DNA of 34,855 nt from Thermoleophilia bacterium (GTDB taxonomy: Bacteria > Actinomycetota > Thermoleophilia > RBG-16-64-13), in assembly GCA_035647995.1 (NCBI GenBank), contig DASRMJ010000218.1, forward strand, positions 1 through 34,855, given 5' to 3'. The notes beneath the pieces are model-generated. The model did no database searches and was not told where the DNA came from. It saw only the letters and a program-made list of their open reading frames with translations. How positions within the stretch are numbered: the stretch's first letter is position 1; the number at the start of each line of letters is the position of its first letter. Both the position numbers and the translations under genes were made by a program. This document shows, one piece after another, positions 1 to 8,900 of the stretch.

Positions 1-55
1 GGTGCCCCACCCCGGTCGATCCCGACCACCTTCGGAGCAGAAGCCCCTTCCCTCC

Positions 56-426
56 TCACCGGATGCCTGAGTCGTACTGGATGGAGACCTCGGTGAAAGC
101 GTGCGGCTCGACCGCTACGTCGTAGGGATCGGCGCGGGGCAACGGTCCGGGACTCTGCGGCACCAGCGTGTATCGGCCGGGAGCGAGGTCGACGCTGAAC
201 CGACCGTCCTCAGAACTCCGGACCTCCGCGACTGTCGCACCGGAGCTGTTCGTGACGGTGATGGTCGCTTCGTAGGGGGCTTCACCAGACTCGCCCTGCA
301 TTTGCACCGGTGAGGTCGGGCCTATGGTGACCACGCCCCGCACGCCGCTGTCCGTTGGAGGGGCCCCGAACACGCGGTAAGGCTAGCGGAGACGGCGAGG
401 GCCAACAGGATCATACGAGTGCGCAC
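56..426 (-). pseudogene. Putative lipoprotein with a carboxypeptidase-regulatory-like beta-sandwich body. The signal peptide and the body are in different reading frames.
   Basis: ORF 56..373 (105 aa, GRFSVDLAPGRYTLVP-type motif) lacks a signal peptide. A GTG at 426..424, 7 nt downstream of AAGGAGG (440..434), opens a different frame encoding MRTRMILLALAVSASLTAC (charged n-region, hydrophobic core, LTAC lipobox). That frame stops after 34 codons. One extra base in the C4 run 364..367 would fuse the two as ...LTACSGAPPTDSG... Confidence 0.5.
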
Positions 427-448
427 TTCTCGGCCTCCTTGGCGTCGG

Positions 449-1406
449 TTAGCCCGGTTGCTCGACCGACGTGCGGTCTCTGCCCTCTTCCTTGCTCCGG
501 TATAGCAGGCGGTCGACCCGCTGCAAGATGGATTCGGGATCGTCCTCGAGGTTCGCGAGCGTGGCTCCTGCGGAGACGGTCACTGAGATGGGGGAGGGGG
601 TGTCCGTGAGGCTGGAGGTTCTGACGAGGGCACGGAATCTATCGGCCACGGCCGTGAGGCTTTCGAGGTCGATGTTGGTGACCACCGCCAAGAACTCCTC
701 TCCTCCCCAGCGCCCCACCAGGTCGAAGGGCCGGGTCGCGAGCTCCAGTGTCTTGGCCACCATCGTGAGGACGCGGTCCCCGGTGGGGTGGCCGAACACG
801 TCATTCACGTTCTTGAAATGGTCCACATCCAGGAGCACCGCCCCGAACGGCCAGCCATAGCGCTGCAGTTCTCCAAGGCGCTGTTCCAGCTGTGATTGGA
901 GGTAGCGGCGGTTCGGCAGGGCCGTCAAGGCGTCAAGGTAGGCGAGTTCCTCGAGCTCGGCGATGCGTCGGGCTGCTTCTGGGGCATCTCGATCGGGCGC
1001 GAAGATCTCCGCCGCTCCCACGATCGTTCCGGCCTGGTCGCGCAGGGGCAGCGAGCGCACCCGCACGGGTACCCTATTGTCCGTCGGCGTGGTGCAGGAA
1101 CACGTGGGCTTCACGCGGATCCCCATCCGTCATGGTCGCCTCGAGAGGGCAGCCACCCATGCAGAGCTGGGTTCCCTCTTCATCGACGTGCATCAGCAGG
1201 TTGTCACGGCACCTGCTTCCGACTACCCGGGATGCGGGGAACCCGGTGATGGCCTCAGCTCCTCGATTCCAGTAGAGGACGCGACGGTCGCGGTCGGTGA
1301 AGTAGACGCCCTCGTCGAGATCGTCGAGCAAGGAGCCCATCAAGCGTGGGTCGCGCGGGATCTTCCCCACGTCCTCTTCCGTGGATCCAACAGGTCCGTT
1401 CGGCAT
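449..1406 (-). pseudogene. PAS-GGDEF diguanylate cyclase, frame disrupted inside the PAS domain
   Basis: ORF 1074..1487 encodes the PAS N-terminal part (VYFTDRDRRVLYWNRGAEAITGF...AHVFLHHADGQ) and ends at TAG 1076..1074. ORF 449..1126 in another frame continues with NRVPVRVRSLPLRDQAGTIVGAAEIF (PAS C-terminal strands), then a GGDEF domain with an RPFD I-site and GGEEF active site. The likely start is ATG 1406..1404 with GGAGG 7 nt upstream. Confidence 0.7.
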
Positions 1407-1579
1407 CGCTTCCCCTCCGTCGCATGCTGTCCGCCAGCATCCTGCAGTCATCAGTGTACCTGGGTCGGCCCGTTCGGGTCCGCACACGGGTTGACGCCTC
1501 CGATCCTGCGGCGTATGCGGACTGGGCCGAAATGGCCGATTGCCGCTTCGGTGTGGCCGCGCCGGTGCCCCTCTTCTCC

Positions 1580-1608
1580 TTGAAATGGCCTATCTCAACG
1601 GGTATCAT
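1580..1608 (+). promoter_or_regulatory. Candidate sigma-70-type promoter for the tRNA cluster (TTGAAA-N17-TATCAT)
   Basis: TTGAAA at 1580..1585, a 17-nt spacer, and TATCAT at 1603..1608, 30 nt upstream of tRNA-Tyr. Confidence 0.5.
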
Positions 1609-1637
1609 CCGGAGTCGCCCCAGGGGTCATCGACCGT

Positions 1638-1722
<85 letters not shown>

Positions 1723-1767
1723 CCCACACCACCGGGGCGCAGCGCGCACCATGTACGCGACGTAAGG

Positions 1768-1843
1768 GCCTCCATAGCTCAGCTGGCAGAGCACTTCCAT
1801 GGTAAGGAAGGGGTCATCGGTTCGAATCCGATTGGAGGCTCCA
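1768..1843 (+). tRNA. tRNA-Thr (anticodon GGT), CCA encoded
   Basis: Acceptor GCCTCCA/TGGAGGC, D arm GCTC-AGCTGGCA-GAGC, anticodon arm CTTCC-ATGGTAA-GGAAG, T arm ATCGG-TTCGAAT-CCGAT. Confidence 0.9.
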
Positions 1844-1861
1844 TAGTGCATTCTGGATCGT

Positions 1862-1935
1862 GGCGGCGTAGCTCAGTTGGTCAGAGCAGCGGAATCATAA
1901 TCCGCGTGTCGGAGGTTCGAGTCCTCCCGCCGCTA
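1862..1935 (+). tRNA. tRNA-Met (anticodon CAT), elongator type, no encoded CCA. A lysidine-modified tRNA-Ile2 cannot be excluded.
   Basis: Acceptor GGCGGCG/CGCCGCT (G1-U72), anticodon arm GCGGA-ATCATAA-TCCGC, T arm GGAGG-TTCGAGT-CCTCC. It lacks the three G:C pairs in the anticodon stem and the C1-A72 mismatch expected of an initiator. Confidence 0.85.
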
Positions 1936-1998
1936 CTAGGAGCCCGTTTCAGAATGGCGGCTCGCCGCCTTCGTCTTGGAGCGGGCTCTCGGTTTGGA

Positions 1999-2037
1999 CC
2001 CAAGATGCGGCCCCCGGCGGGGCCGCATCTTGGGTTT
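1999..2037 (+). terminator. Intrinsic terminator candidate after the tRNA cluster
   Basis: Perfect 16-bp inverted repeat CCCAAGATGCGGCCCC (1999..2014) / GGGGCCGCATCTTGGG (2019..2034) with a 4-nt loop, followed by TTT. Confidence 0.6.
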
Positions 2038-2058
2038 CAATATGCGCTGTGGTAGCAT
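2030..2058 (+). promoter_or_regulatory. Candidate promoter for rpmG (TTGGGT-N17-TAGCAT with TGg extended -10)
   Basis: TTGGGT at 2030..2035 and TG-G-TAGCAT at 2050..2058, 36 nt upstream of the rpmG ATG. The -35 overlaps the 3' arm of the preceding terminator. Confidence 0.35.
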
Positions 2059-2093
2059 GCACGATTGCTCTGAAGCTAGGATAGGGTGAAGCG

Positions 2094-2243
2094 ATGCGCG
2101 TACGAGTAACGCTGGCGTGCCAAGAGTGCAAACGCCGCAACTACACTACGATGAAGAACAAACGGAACGATCCCGAGCGGCTCGAATTCCAGAAGTTCTG
2201 CAAGTGGTGCGGTTCGCACACCTCGCACAAGGAGACGAAGTAA
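2094..2243 (+). CDS. rpmG: 50S ribosomal protein L33 (49 aa, Cys4 zinc-ribbon form)
   Basis: Hand translation gives [49 protein letters not shown]. It is below the ORF-track length cut-off. Position between tRNA-Met and tRNA-Trp/secE is canonical. Confidence 0.9.
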   Translation: MRVRVTLACQECKRRNYTTMKNKRNDPERLEFQKFCKWCGSHTSHKETK

Positions 2244-2298
2244 GGGACAGGGTCGCCCTCCATGGGGTGAATCCGGGCTCCCATCCACGGATGAGCGC

Positions 2299-2374
2299 AG
2301 GGCAGTAGCTCCAACGGTAGAGCGCCGGTCTCCAAAACCGGATGTTGGGGGTTCGAATCCCTCCTGCCCTGCCA
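2299..2374 (+). tRNA. tRNA-Trp (anticodon CCA), CCA end encoded
   Basis: Acceptor AGGGCAG/CTGCCCT, anticodon arm CCGGT-CTCCAAA-ACCGG, T arm GGGGG-TTCGAAT-CCCTC. Confidence 0.9.
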
Positions 2375-2403
2375 GTCTCTCAAGGAAAGGCATACGAAGT
2401 ACG

Positions 2404-2691
2404 ATGGCCAGAACGACCACCACAAAGACTTCGGCGAAGGTTCCGGCCAAGGCCGTGGCCGCACCGAAGACCACCAAGCCGGTTGCCGGCGCCGCTCCTT
2501 CGCGGCGCGGCCGGCCCACGCGTTTCCTCAGGGAAGTGCGCACCGAGATGAGCAAGGTGACGTGGCCCCCTCGGCAGGAACTCGTGCAGGCCACCATGGT
2601 CGTCATCGTCGCGGTGGCCATCGCCGCTTCCTACATCGGGGTATTCGACCTCATCTGGTCTTCCCTGGTCAACCTGGCCCGGCTCGGCTAG
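2404..2691 (+). CDS. secE: Preprotein translocase subunit SecE
   Basis: 95-aa ORF with a Lys/Ala/Pro-rich N-terminus, the conserved FLREVRTEMSKVTWP motif and a single C-terminal TM helix. It lies immediately upstream of nusG. Confidence 0.9.
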   Translation: MARTTTTKTSAKVPAKAVAAPKTTKPVAGAAPSRRGRPTRFLREVRTEMSKVTWPPRQELVQATMVVIVAVAIAASYIGVFDLIWSSLVNLARLG

Positions 2692-2725
2692 TCCACGGCC
2701 GAGTAGCGAAAGGACCCACCCGCTT

Positions 2726-3253
2726 ATGCTGGCCAAGAAGTGGTATGTGATCAATACGTACTCGGGGCACGAGAACAAGGCGCGAGCCAACCTCGAGCAC
2801 CGTATCCAGTCTATGGACCTCGCACCGTATTTCGAGGACATCGTCGTGCCCACCGAAGTGGTGGTCGAGACCAAGGGCGGCGAGAAGGTGCAGACAGAGA
2901 AACGCATCTTCCCCGGCTACGTCCTCGTGAAGATGAACCTCACCGACGACTCGTGGTCCCTGGTCAAGAACACTCCGGGCGTCACTGGGTTCGTCGGTTC
3001 AGAGAACAAGCCCACGGCGCTGAGCCCGGCGGAGGTCGACCGCATCCTCCACACCTCCACCGCCGAGAAGCCGAAGGCGAAGGCTGAGTTCTCGGTGGGC
3101 GACCAGGTGAAGGTCACCAGCGGTCCTCTGGCCGAGTTCACCGGCGAGGTGGCCGAGGTGAACATCGAGCAGAGCAAGCTCAAGGTCATGGTGTCCATCT
3201 TCGGACGCGATACGCCTACCGAGCTCGGTTTCGAACAGGTCAAGCGGATCTGA
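2726..3253 (+). CDS. nusG: Transcription termination/antitermination factor NusG
   Basis: 175-aa ORF with an NGN start ([15 protein letters not shown]), the FPGYVLVKM motif and a C-terminal KOW ([18 protein letters not shown]). Confidence 0.95.
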   Translation: MLAKKWYVINTYSGHENKARANLEHRIQSMDLAPYFEDIVVPTEVVVETKGGEKVQTEKRIFPGYVLVKMNLTDDSWSLVKNTPGVTGFVGSENKPTALSPAEVDRILHTSTAEKPKAKAEFSVGDQVKVTSGPLAEFTGEVAEVNIEQSKLKVMVSIFGRDTPTELGFEQVKRI

Positions 3254-3290
3254 CGCGCGCGGATCCCAGCGAAGCACACGGAGAGAGATA

Positions 3291-3719
3291 GTGGCAAAGA
3301 AGGTTAAGGCAAATATCAAGCTGCAGATCCCGGCGGGCCAGGCCAATCCGGCGCCTCCGGTGGGTCCCGCCCTGGGCCAACACGGCGTCAACATCATGGA
3401 GTTCTGCAAGGCCTACAACGCCCAGACACAGGACAAGATCGGCACCATCATCCCGGTGGAGATCACGGTCTACGAGGACAGGTCGTATAGCTTCATCCTC
3501 AAGACCCCGCCGGCGGCCGTGTTGATCCGGCAGGCGGCAGGCGTGCCCAAGGGCTCCGGAGTGCCGAACCGTGACAAGGTGGGCCGCATCACCCGCGAGC
3601 AACTCCGGCAGATCGCCGAAGTCAAGCTCCCTGATCTCAATGCGAACGACGTCGAGGCAGCCATGAACATCCTGGCGGGCACGGCGCGCAGCATGGGCGT
3701 GACCGTAGAGAAGAAGTAG
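3291..3719 (+). CDS. rplK: 50S ribosomal protein L11
   Basis: 142-aa ORF with a GTG start after GGAGAG. Contains the motif [30 protein letters not shown]. Confidence 0.97.
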   Translation: MAKKVKANIKLQIPAGQANPAPPVGPALGQHGVNIMEFCKAYNAQTQDKIGTIIPVEITVYEDRSYSFILKTPPAAVLIRQAAGVPKGSGVPNRDKVGRITREQLRQIAEVKLPDLNANDVEAAMNILAGTARSMGVTVEKK

Positions 3720-3786
3720 GTAGCATCGATCGGGTGTCGCGCTCCGCGGGCAGATCGCGAGTGCGGCAGCCGACGTCTGTGATATC

Positions 3787-3834
3787 GGCGCCCGGCTCCG
3801 CCGGGCGCCACGAAGTGGGAGGGCCGCGAGGCCC
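3787..3834 (+). promoter_or_regulatory. Two GC-rich hairpins in the rplK-rplA spacer (possible L1 operator or processing structure)
   Basis: GGCGCCCGG(C) at 3787..3796 pairs with (G)CCGGGCGCC at 3800..3809. GGGCC-GCGA-GGCCC at 3821..3834 has a GNRA loop and is preceded by GUGGGAG. The complementarity is seen directly; the function is inferred. Confidence 0.3.
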
Positions 3835-3858
3835 GCATGCACCACAGGAGGAACGAAC

Positions 3859-4578
3859 ATGAGCAAGGGTTCCAAGCGCTTCGAAGAAGCCAAGCGCGCC
3901 GTCGAAACCGGCAGGGTCTATCTCCCCGGCGACGCCATCCGTCTCATCAAATCGCTCGAGACGGCCAACTTCGACGAGACCGTCGAGGTCCACATCAAGC
4001 TCGGCGTCAATCCGCGCCACGCCGAACAGCAGGTCCGTGGCACCATCATGCTCCCCAACGGCACGGGCAAGACCATCCGCGTGGCCGTGTTCGCCAAAGG
4101 CGACAAGGCTGCCGAGGCCGAAGCGGCCGGCGCCGATGTGGTTGGCGCGGAAGATCTAGCCGCACGGGTAGAGCAGGGCTTCCTCGACTTCGACGCGGCC
4201 ATAGCCACTCCCGACATGATGGGGGTCGTGGGCAAATTGGGTCGTGTGCTCGGCCCCCGCGGCATGATGCCGAACCCGAAAGCCGGCACTGTGACCTTCG
4301 ATGTCGGCAAGGCCGTGCAGGATATGAAGGCCGGCAAGATCGAGTACCGCACCGACAAGTTCGGCGTGGTGCACGTGATCATCGGTAAGAAGTCCTTCGG
4401 CGAGCGCGAACTCATCGAGAACTACGCTGAGTTCATCGACGAGTTGGTGCGGGTCAAGCCGTCCGCGGCGAAGGGCAAGTATCTGCGGTCGATCACCTTC
4501 GCCAGCACGATGGGTCCCGGTGTCCCTGTGGACACGACCAAGACCCGCGGGCTGCTGGAAGACGAAGCCACGGCCTAG
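3859..4578 (+). CDS. rplA: 50S ribosomal protein L1
   Basis: 239-aa ORF with AGGAGG 7 nt upstream and a typical L1 sequence ([24 protein letters not shown]...). Confidence 0.97.
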   Translation: MSKGSKRFEEAKRAVETGRVYLPGDAIRLIKSLETANFDETVEVHIKLGVNPRHAEQQVRGTIMLPNGTGKTIRVAVFAKGDKAAEAEAAGADVVGAEDLAARVEQGFLDFDAAIATPDMMGVVGKLGRVLGPRGMMPNPKAGTVTFDVGKAVQDMKAGKIEYRTDKFGVVHVIIGKKSFGERELIENYAEFIDELVRVKPSAAKGKYLRSITFASTMGPGVPVDTTKTRGLLEDEATA

Positions 4579-4624
4579 CAGCGGGGCGATTGGCCGGCGG
4601 GGCGACGGCGCCGCGGCGCCGGGG

Positions 4625-4653
4625 TTGTAGGCGCAAGGTAGCAGGGCTATACT
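4625..4653 (+). promoter_or_regulatory. Candidate promoter for rplJ-rplL (TTGTAG-N17-TATACT)
   Basis: TTGTAG at 4625..4630, a 17-nt spacer, and TATACT at 4648..4653. The same hexamers and spacing recur upstream of rpsL at 14113..14141. Confidence 0.55.
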
Positions 4654-4659
4654 GTCAAG

Positions 4660-4838
4660 CCTGAAGCCGGAGACAGCTGGTGCCGCCCGAAGGGGTGGTC
4701 CAATCGGTCCGAAGGGATCGGCCAGCCGAGGCGAGATGCGACCGAGTTATGAACCGCGCGTGAAGTTGCGCGAGACGACTGTGGCGTCCACCTCCCTTCC
4801 GGAGGTGGACGTTTCTTTTGCGAAAGGAGGGAAGACAT
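4660..4838 (+). promoter_or_regulatory. rplJ 5' leader, a candidate ribosomal-protein L10 leader (autoregulatory RNA)
   Basis: A leader of about 180 nt lies between the candidate promoter and the rplJ ATG. It has tandem 6-bp hairpins capped by GAAG (4683..4698 and 4705..4720) and a terminator-like hairpin at 4785..4819. Confidence 0.5.
4785..4819 (+). terminator. Attenuator / intrinsic-terminator hairpin inside the rplJ leader
   Basis: An 11-bp stem (CGTCCACCTCC at 4785..4795 / GGAGGTGGACG at 4801..4811) with loop CTTCC, followed by TTTCTTTT (4812..4819). It ends 20 nt before the rplJ ATG. Confidence 0.6.
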
Positions 4839-5360
4839 ATGGCAAAGCCGGAGAAAGTAGCGGCGGTAGATCGGATCATCGAGAAGTTGCGCTCTACCGA
4901 TGTGTACTACCTGGTCGATTTCCGCGGTTTGTCTGTGGGCGACGCCACCGATCTGCGCAGTCGCCTGCGGGCCAACGGAGCCGACCTCATAGTCGTGAAG
5001 AACACGCTGGCCAAACGCGCCGCGGCTGAGGCGGGCATCGAGGGGCTCGACGGGCTGTTCGAGGGCCCTACGGCCATCGCGTATTGTGGCGACGATCCCG
5101 TGGCGCCCGCGAAGACGCTGGTGGGTTTCGTCAAGGAGAAGAAGAAGCTCGTCATCAAGGGCGGGTTCCTGCAGAGTCAGATCCTGCTGCAGGCACAGGT
5201 GGAGCAACTCGCCCAGTTGCCGAGCCGCGAAGAGCTCATCGCAAAGGTCGTTGGCGGTATCGCCGCGCCGTTGTATGGGTTGGCGAACGTGCTCACCGGG
5301 CCCATCCGCGGCCTCGTGGTAGCGCTCGACCAGATCAGGGAGCAGAAAGCCGCGGCGTAG
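4839..5360 (+). CDS. rplJ: 50S ribosomal protein L10
   Basis: ATG at 4839 with AAGGAGGG 8 nt upstream gives MAKPEKVAAVDRIIEKL... The ORF-track start at 4818 (TTG) lies in the attenuator U-tract and was not used. Confidence 0.93.
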   Translation: MAKPEKVAAVDRIIEKLRSTDVYYLVDFRGLSVGDATDLRSRLRANGADLIVVKNTLAKRAAAEAGIEGLDGLFEGPTAIAYCGDDPVAPAKTLVGFVKEKKKLVIKGGFLQSQILLQAQVEQLAQLPSREELIAKVVGGIAAPLYGLANVLTGPIRGLVVALDQIREQKAAA

Positions 5361-5429
5361 CCCGGCTCGTCGTGAGACCAGGGCGGGCAGATCCCGCCGC
5401 GTATCTGAACGTATGGAGGTAGAACGAGC

Positions 5430-5798
5430 ATGACCCCGCAAGAACTGATCGAAGAGATCAAGAAGATGACGGTCCTCGAGTTGGCCGAAGTCGTCAAGGC
5501 GCTGGAGACCGAGTTCGGCGTGACCGCCGCGGCTCCGATGGCCGCCGCCGCCGCCCCCGCGGCCGCAGTCGAAGAAGTCGAAGAGCAGACCGAATTCGAC
5601 GTGATCCTCTCCGCTGTCGGCGAGAAGAAGATCCAGGTGATCAAGGTGGTCCGTGCCCTCACCGGTCTCGGCCTGAAGGAAGCCAAGGACCTGGTCGATG
5701 GTGCTCCGAATCCCGTGAAGCAGGGCGTCACCAAAGCCGAGGCGGAAGAACTGAAGAAGCAGCTCGAAGAAGCCGGAGCTGCCGTCGAGATCAAGTAG
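5430..5798 (+). CDS. rplL: 50S ribosomal protein L7/L12
   Basis: 122-aa ORF with an Ala-rich hinge and the C-terminal domain [27 protein letters not shown]. Confidence 0.97.
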   Translation: MTPQELIEEIKKMTVLELAEVVKALETEFGVTAAAPMAAAAAPAAAVEEVEEQTEFDVILSAVGEKKIQVIKVVRALTGLGLKEAKDLVDGAPNPVKQGVTKAEAEELKKQLEEAGAAVEIK

Positions 5799-5860
5799 CG
5801 CACAGCCTCGTTCGCTCAGCGCAGGCTCGGCGGGTACGACTAGCTTCGTGCCTGCCGCGC

Positions 5861-5890
5861 TTGTGGCTGCCTGTTCCCTTATGATAGCAT
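5861..5890 (+). promoter_or_regulatory. Candidate promoter for rpoB-rpoC (TTGTGG-N18-TAGCAT with TGa extended -10)
   Basis: TTGTGG at 5861..5866 and TG-A-TAGCAT at 5882..5890, 71 nt upstream of the rpoB start. Confidence 0.3.
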
Positions 5891-5960
5891 CTGAGTTTGC
5901 GCTTGCAGTCCGGCGCGCACTCAGAGACCACGCCGACCTTTCTGCGAGGAGTGAGCAAGC

Positions 5961-8900
5961 TTGAGCCTCAGCACGACTCCCAAGCCGCGTAAGTCATTCG
6001 CCAAACTTATGCCCATCCTCGATGTCCCCGAGCTGATCGCTATCCAGCTCGAGTCCTTCTCGTGGTTCCTCAAGGACGGTCTGCGGGAGACCATTCGGGA
6101 CATCAATCCTATCGAGGACTACACGCAGAAGTATGCGGTGGAGTTCGGGGAGTACGAGTTCCGCGATCCACCTCTGTCGCTGGAGGAGTGCCGCAACAAG
6201 GACATGACCTACGCGGCTCCTCTCTTCATCACCGTGGCCTTCGTCAATCGTGAGACCGGTGAGATCCGTGAGCAGCAGGTCTTCATGGGCGATTTCCCCA
6301 TGATGACCGACCAGGGCACATTCATCATCAACGGCACCGAGCGCGTCATCGTGACCCAGCTGGTGCGGTCGCCCGGAGCCTACGTGCAGCTGCCCAAGGA
6401 CAGCAACAAGGCGACGCAGGTGTTGGTCGCGAACCTCATGCCGTCCCGAGGCTCGTGGCTCGAGTTCGAGATCGACAAGCGCGGCACGGTCAACGTGCGT
6501 ATCGACCGCAAGCGCAAGCTCCTCGCCACGGTCTTCCTGCGGGCGCTCGCCGGCATCAAGAACAGCGAGACGGGCGACAAGCCCGGGATCCTCGAGACCG
6601 GCAGCGACGAGGAGATCCTCGCCGCCTTCGGTGACAACATGTTCATCCGCAACACCCTCGAGAAAGACACGGTGCGCTCCGTCGAGGAGGCGCTGGTCGA
6701 GCTGTTCAAGAAGCAGCGTCCGGGCGAACCGCCGACGCTGGAAGCCAGCCGCACTCTCCTGCGCAACACCTGCTTCGACCCCAAGCGCTACGACCTGTCG
6801 AGGGTGGGGCGCCACAAGGTGAACACGCGCCTCGGGTTGGACATAGAGGACATCCGCACGCTGACGAAAGAGGACATCATCGCTCTCGTCAAAGAGCTGG
6901 TGGTCGTGCCTCTGGAGGCGTCGAAGAAGGCCCCTGAAGGCGCGATCGCGTTCTGGGACGAGTCCCGCGATCTGGCCGAAGCGGCTACGAACCTCGAATG
7001 GGACGACGTCGCCCACCGCCTCGACGAGTACGAGGACTTCGGCAACCGCCGCCTGCGCACTGTGGGCGAGTTGGTGCAGGAAGCGTTCCGCATCGGCCTT
7101 TCGCGCATGGAGCGCGTGGTCAAGGAACGCATGACCACCGAGGACGTCGACACCATCACGCCGCAGACCATCATCAATATTCGGCCGGTGGTGGCCGCGC
7201 TCAAGGAGTTCTTTGGGAGTTCGCAGCTCTCTCAGTTCATGGACCAGACGAACTCGCTGGCGGGGCTTACCCACCGGCGTCGTCTGTCGGCGCTTGGCGC
7301 CGGTGGCCTCACCCGGGAACGTGCACCCATCGAAGTGCGCGACGTGCACCCCACACACTACGGGCGCATGTGCCCCATCGAGACCCCGGAAGGACCGAAC
7401 ATCGGCCTCATCGGTTCGCTGGCCGCCTACGCCAAGATAAACGAGTTCGGCTTCATCCAGACCCCCTATCGGCGCGTGGTCGAGGGCAAGGTCACCGACG
7501 ATATCGTGTGGCTCTCGGCCTATGACGAGCGTCAGTGCACCATCGCTCAGGCCAGTGCGCCCTTCGATCCGAAGACCGGCGAGTTCCTCAACGACACCGT
7601 CATGGCCCGCTCACCTGGTGGCGAGTACGTCAGCGCCCTCGCCGGCCAGGTGGAGTTCATGGACGTCTCGCCGCAGCAGATCGTGTCGGTGGCGACCGCG
7701 CTGATCCCGTTCTTGGAGCACAATGACGCGAACCGGGCCCTGATGGGGTCCAACATGCAGCGTCAAGCGGTGCCCCTGCTCGTGTCCGACGCCCCGCTTG
7801 TGGGCACCGGGATGGAGTATCGCGCCGCGGTGGACACGGGCGACGTCGTGCGCGCTCGTCGCCCCGGCCGCGTCAAGGGCGTCTCGGCTGTTCGTATCCT
7901 TGTCGAATCCGAGTCTGGTGAGATAGACAAGTACTCGCTTCTCAAGTTCACGCGCTCCAACCAGGGCACGCTGATCCATCAGAAGCCGCTGGTCGACGTG
8001 GGCGACGACGTGGTCGAAGGCGCAGTGCTGGCCGACGGCGCGTCCACCAGCCTGGGAGAACTCGCCCTGGGCCGCAACCTTCTCGTGGCCTTCATGAGTT
8101 GGGAAGGCTACAACTTCGAAGACTCCATCATCATCAGCGAGCGCTTGGTCATGGACGACGTGCTCACCTCGCTCCACATCGAGGAGCACGAGGTGGAGGC
8201 GCGGTCGACGAAGCTGGGCGATGAGGAGATCACCCGCGACATCCCCAATCGCTCCGAGGACTCCCTGATGGACCTCGATGCCGAAGGTATCGTGCGCATC
8301 GGTGCTGAAGTCAGCTCGGGCGACCTGCTGGTGGGCAAGATCACGCCCAAGGGCGAGACCGAACTCACGGCCGAAGAGAAGCTGATCCGGGCCATCTTCA
8401 AGGAGAAGGCTCGCGAGGTGCGCGACACGTCGCTCAAGGTGCCCCACGGCGAACGCGGTGTGGTCATCGACGTGAAGCAGTTCTCGCGTGAGAACGGCGA
8501 CGACCTCTCGCCGGGCGTGAACCGCCTGGTGCGCGTGTACGTGGCTAAGAAGCGCAAGATCGCCGAGGGTGACAAGCTCGCCGGCCGCCACGGCAACAAG
8601 GGCGTCATCTCCAAGATCGTCCCCGAAGAGGACATGCCTTTCATGGAGGACGGTTCTCCGGTGGACATCATCCTGAACCCCTTGGGTGTGCCTTCGCGCA
8701 TGAACGTGGGGCAGGTCCTCGAGACCCATCTCGGTTGGGCCGCGAGTCAGGGCTTCTACACCATCAAGCGCAATAACGTGTCGTTGAGCGACGCCAACGG
8801 GAGCAGCGACCTGGGCTGGCGGGGACAGCTGGATCTGGTGCGCAAGTACTACGATGTGGTGTCCAAGTCCACCGGCGAAGGTCCCATGCCCATCGCCTCC

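Noticed and set aside
1070-1085. Programmed ribosomal frameshift or stop-codon readthrough at the PAS-GGDEF break
   Set aside because: There is no X_XXY_YYZ slippery heptamer or obvious downstream stimulatory structure. The simplest reading is a 1-nt insertion (mutation or assembly error).
1862-1935. Possibility that the CAT-anticodon tRNA is the initiator tRNA-fMet
   Set aside because: The anticodon stem lacks the three consecutive G:C pairs, and position 1:72 is a G-U pair rather than the C-A mismatch of bacterial initiators.
3837-4388. 183-aa Arg-rich ORF in an alternative + frame overlapping rplA, plus many similar Arg/Pro/Gly-rich shadow ORFs throughout the track
   Set aside because: The composition is what an off-frame reading of GC-rich genes produces. 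The ORF overlaps a well-supported gene completely.
4818-4838. TTG at 4818 as the rplJ start (ORF-track start, adds MRKEGRH)
   Set aside because: It lies in the attenuator U-tract upstream of the AAGGAGGG RBS. ATG at 4839 is correctly spaced and gives the canonical MAKPEK N-terminus.
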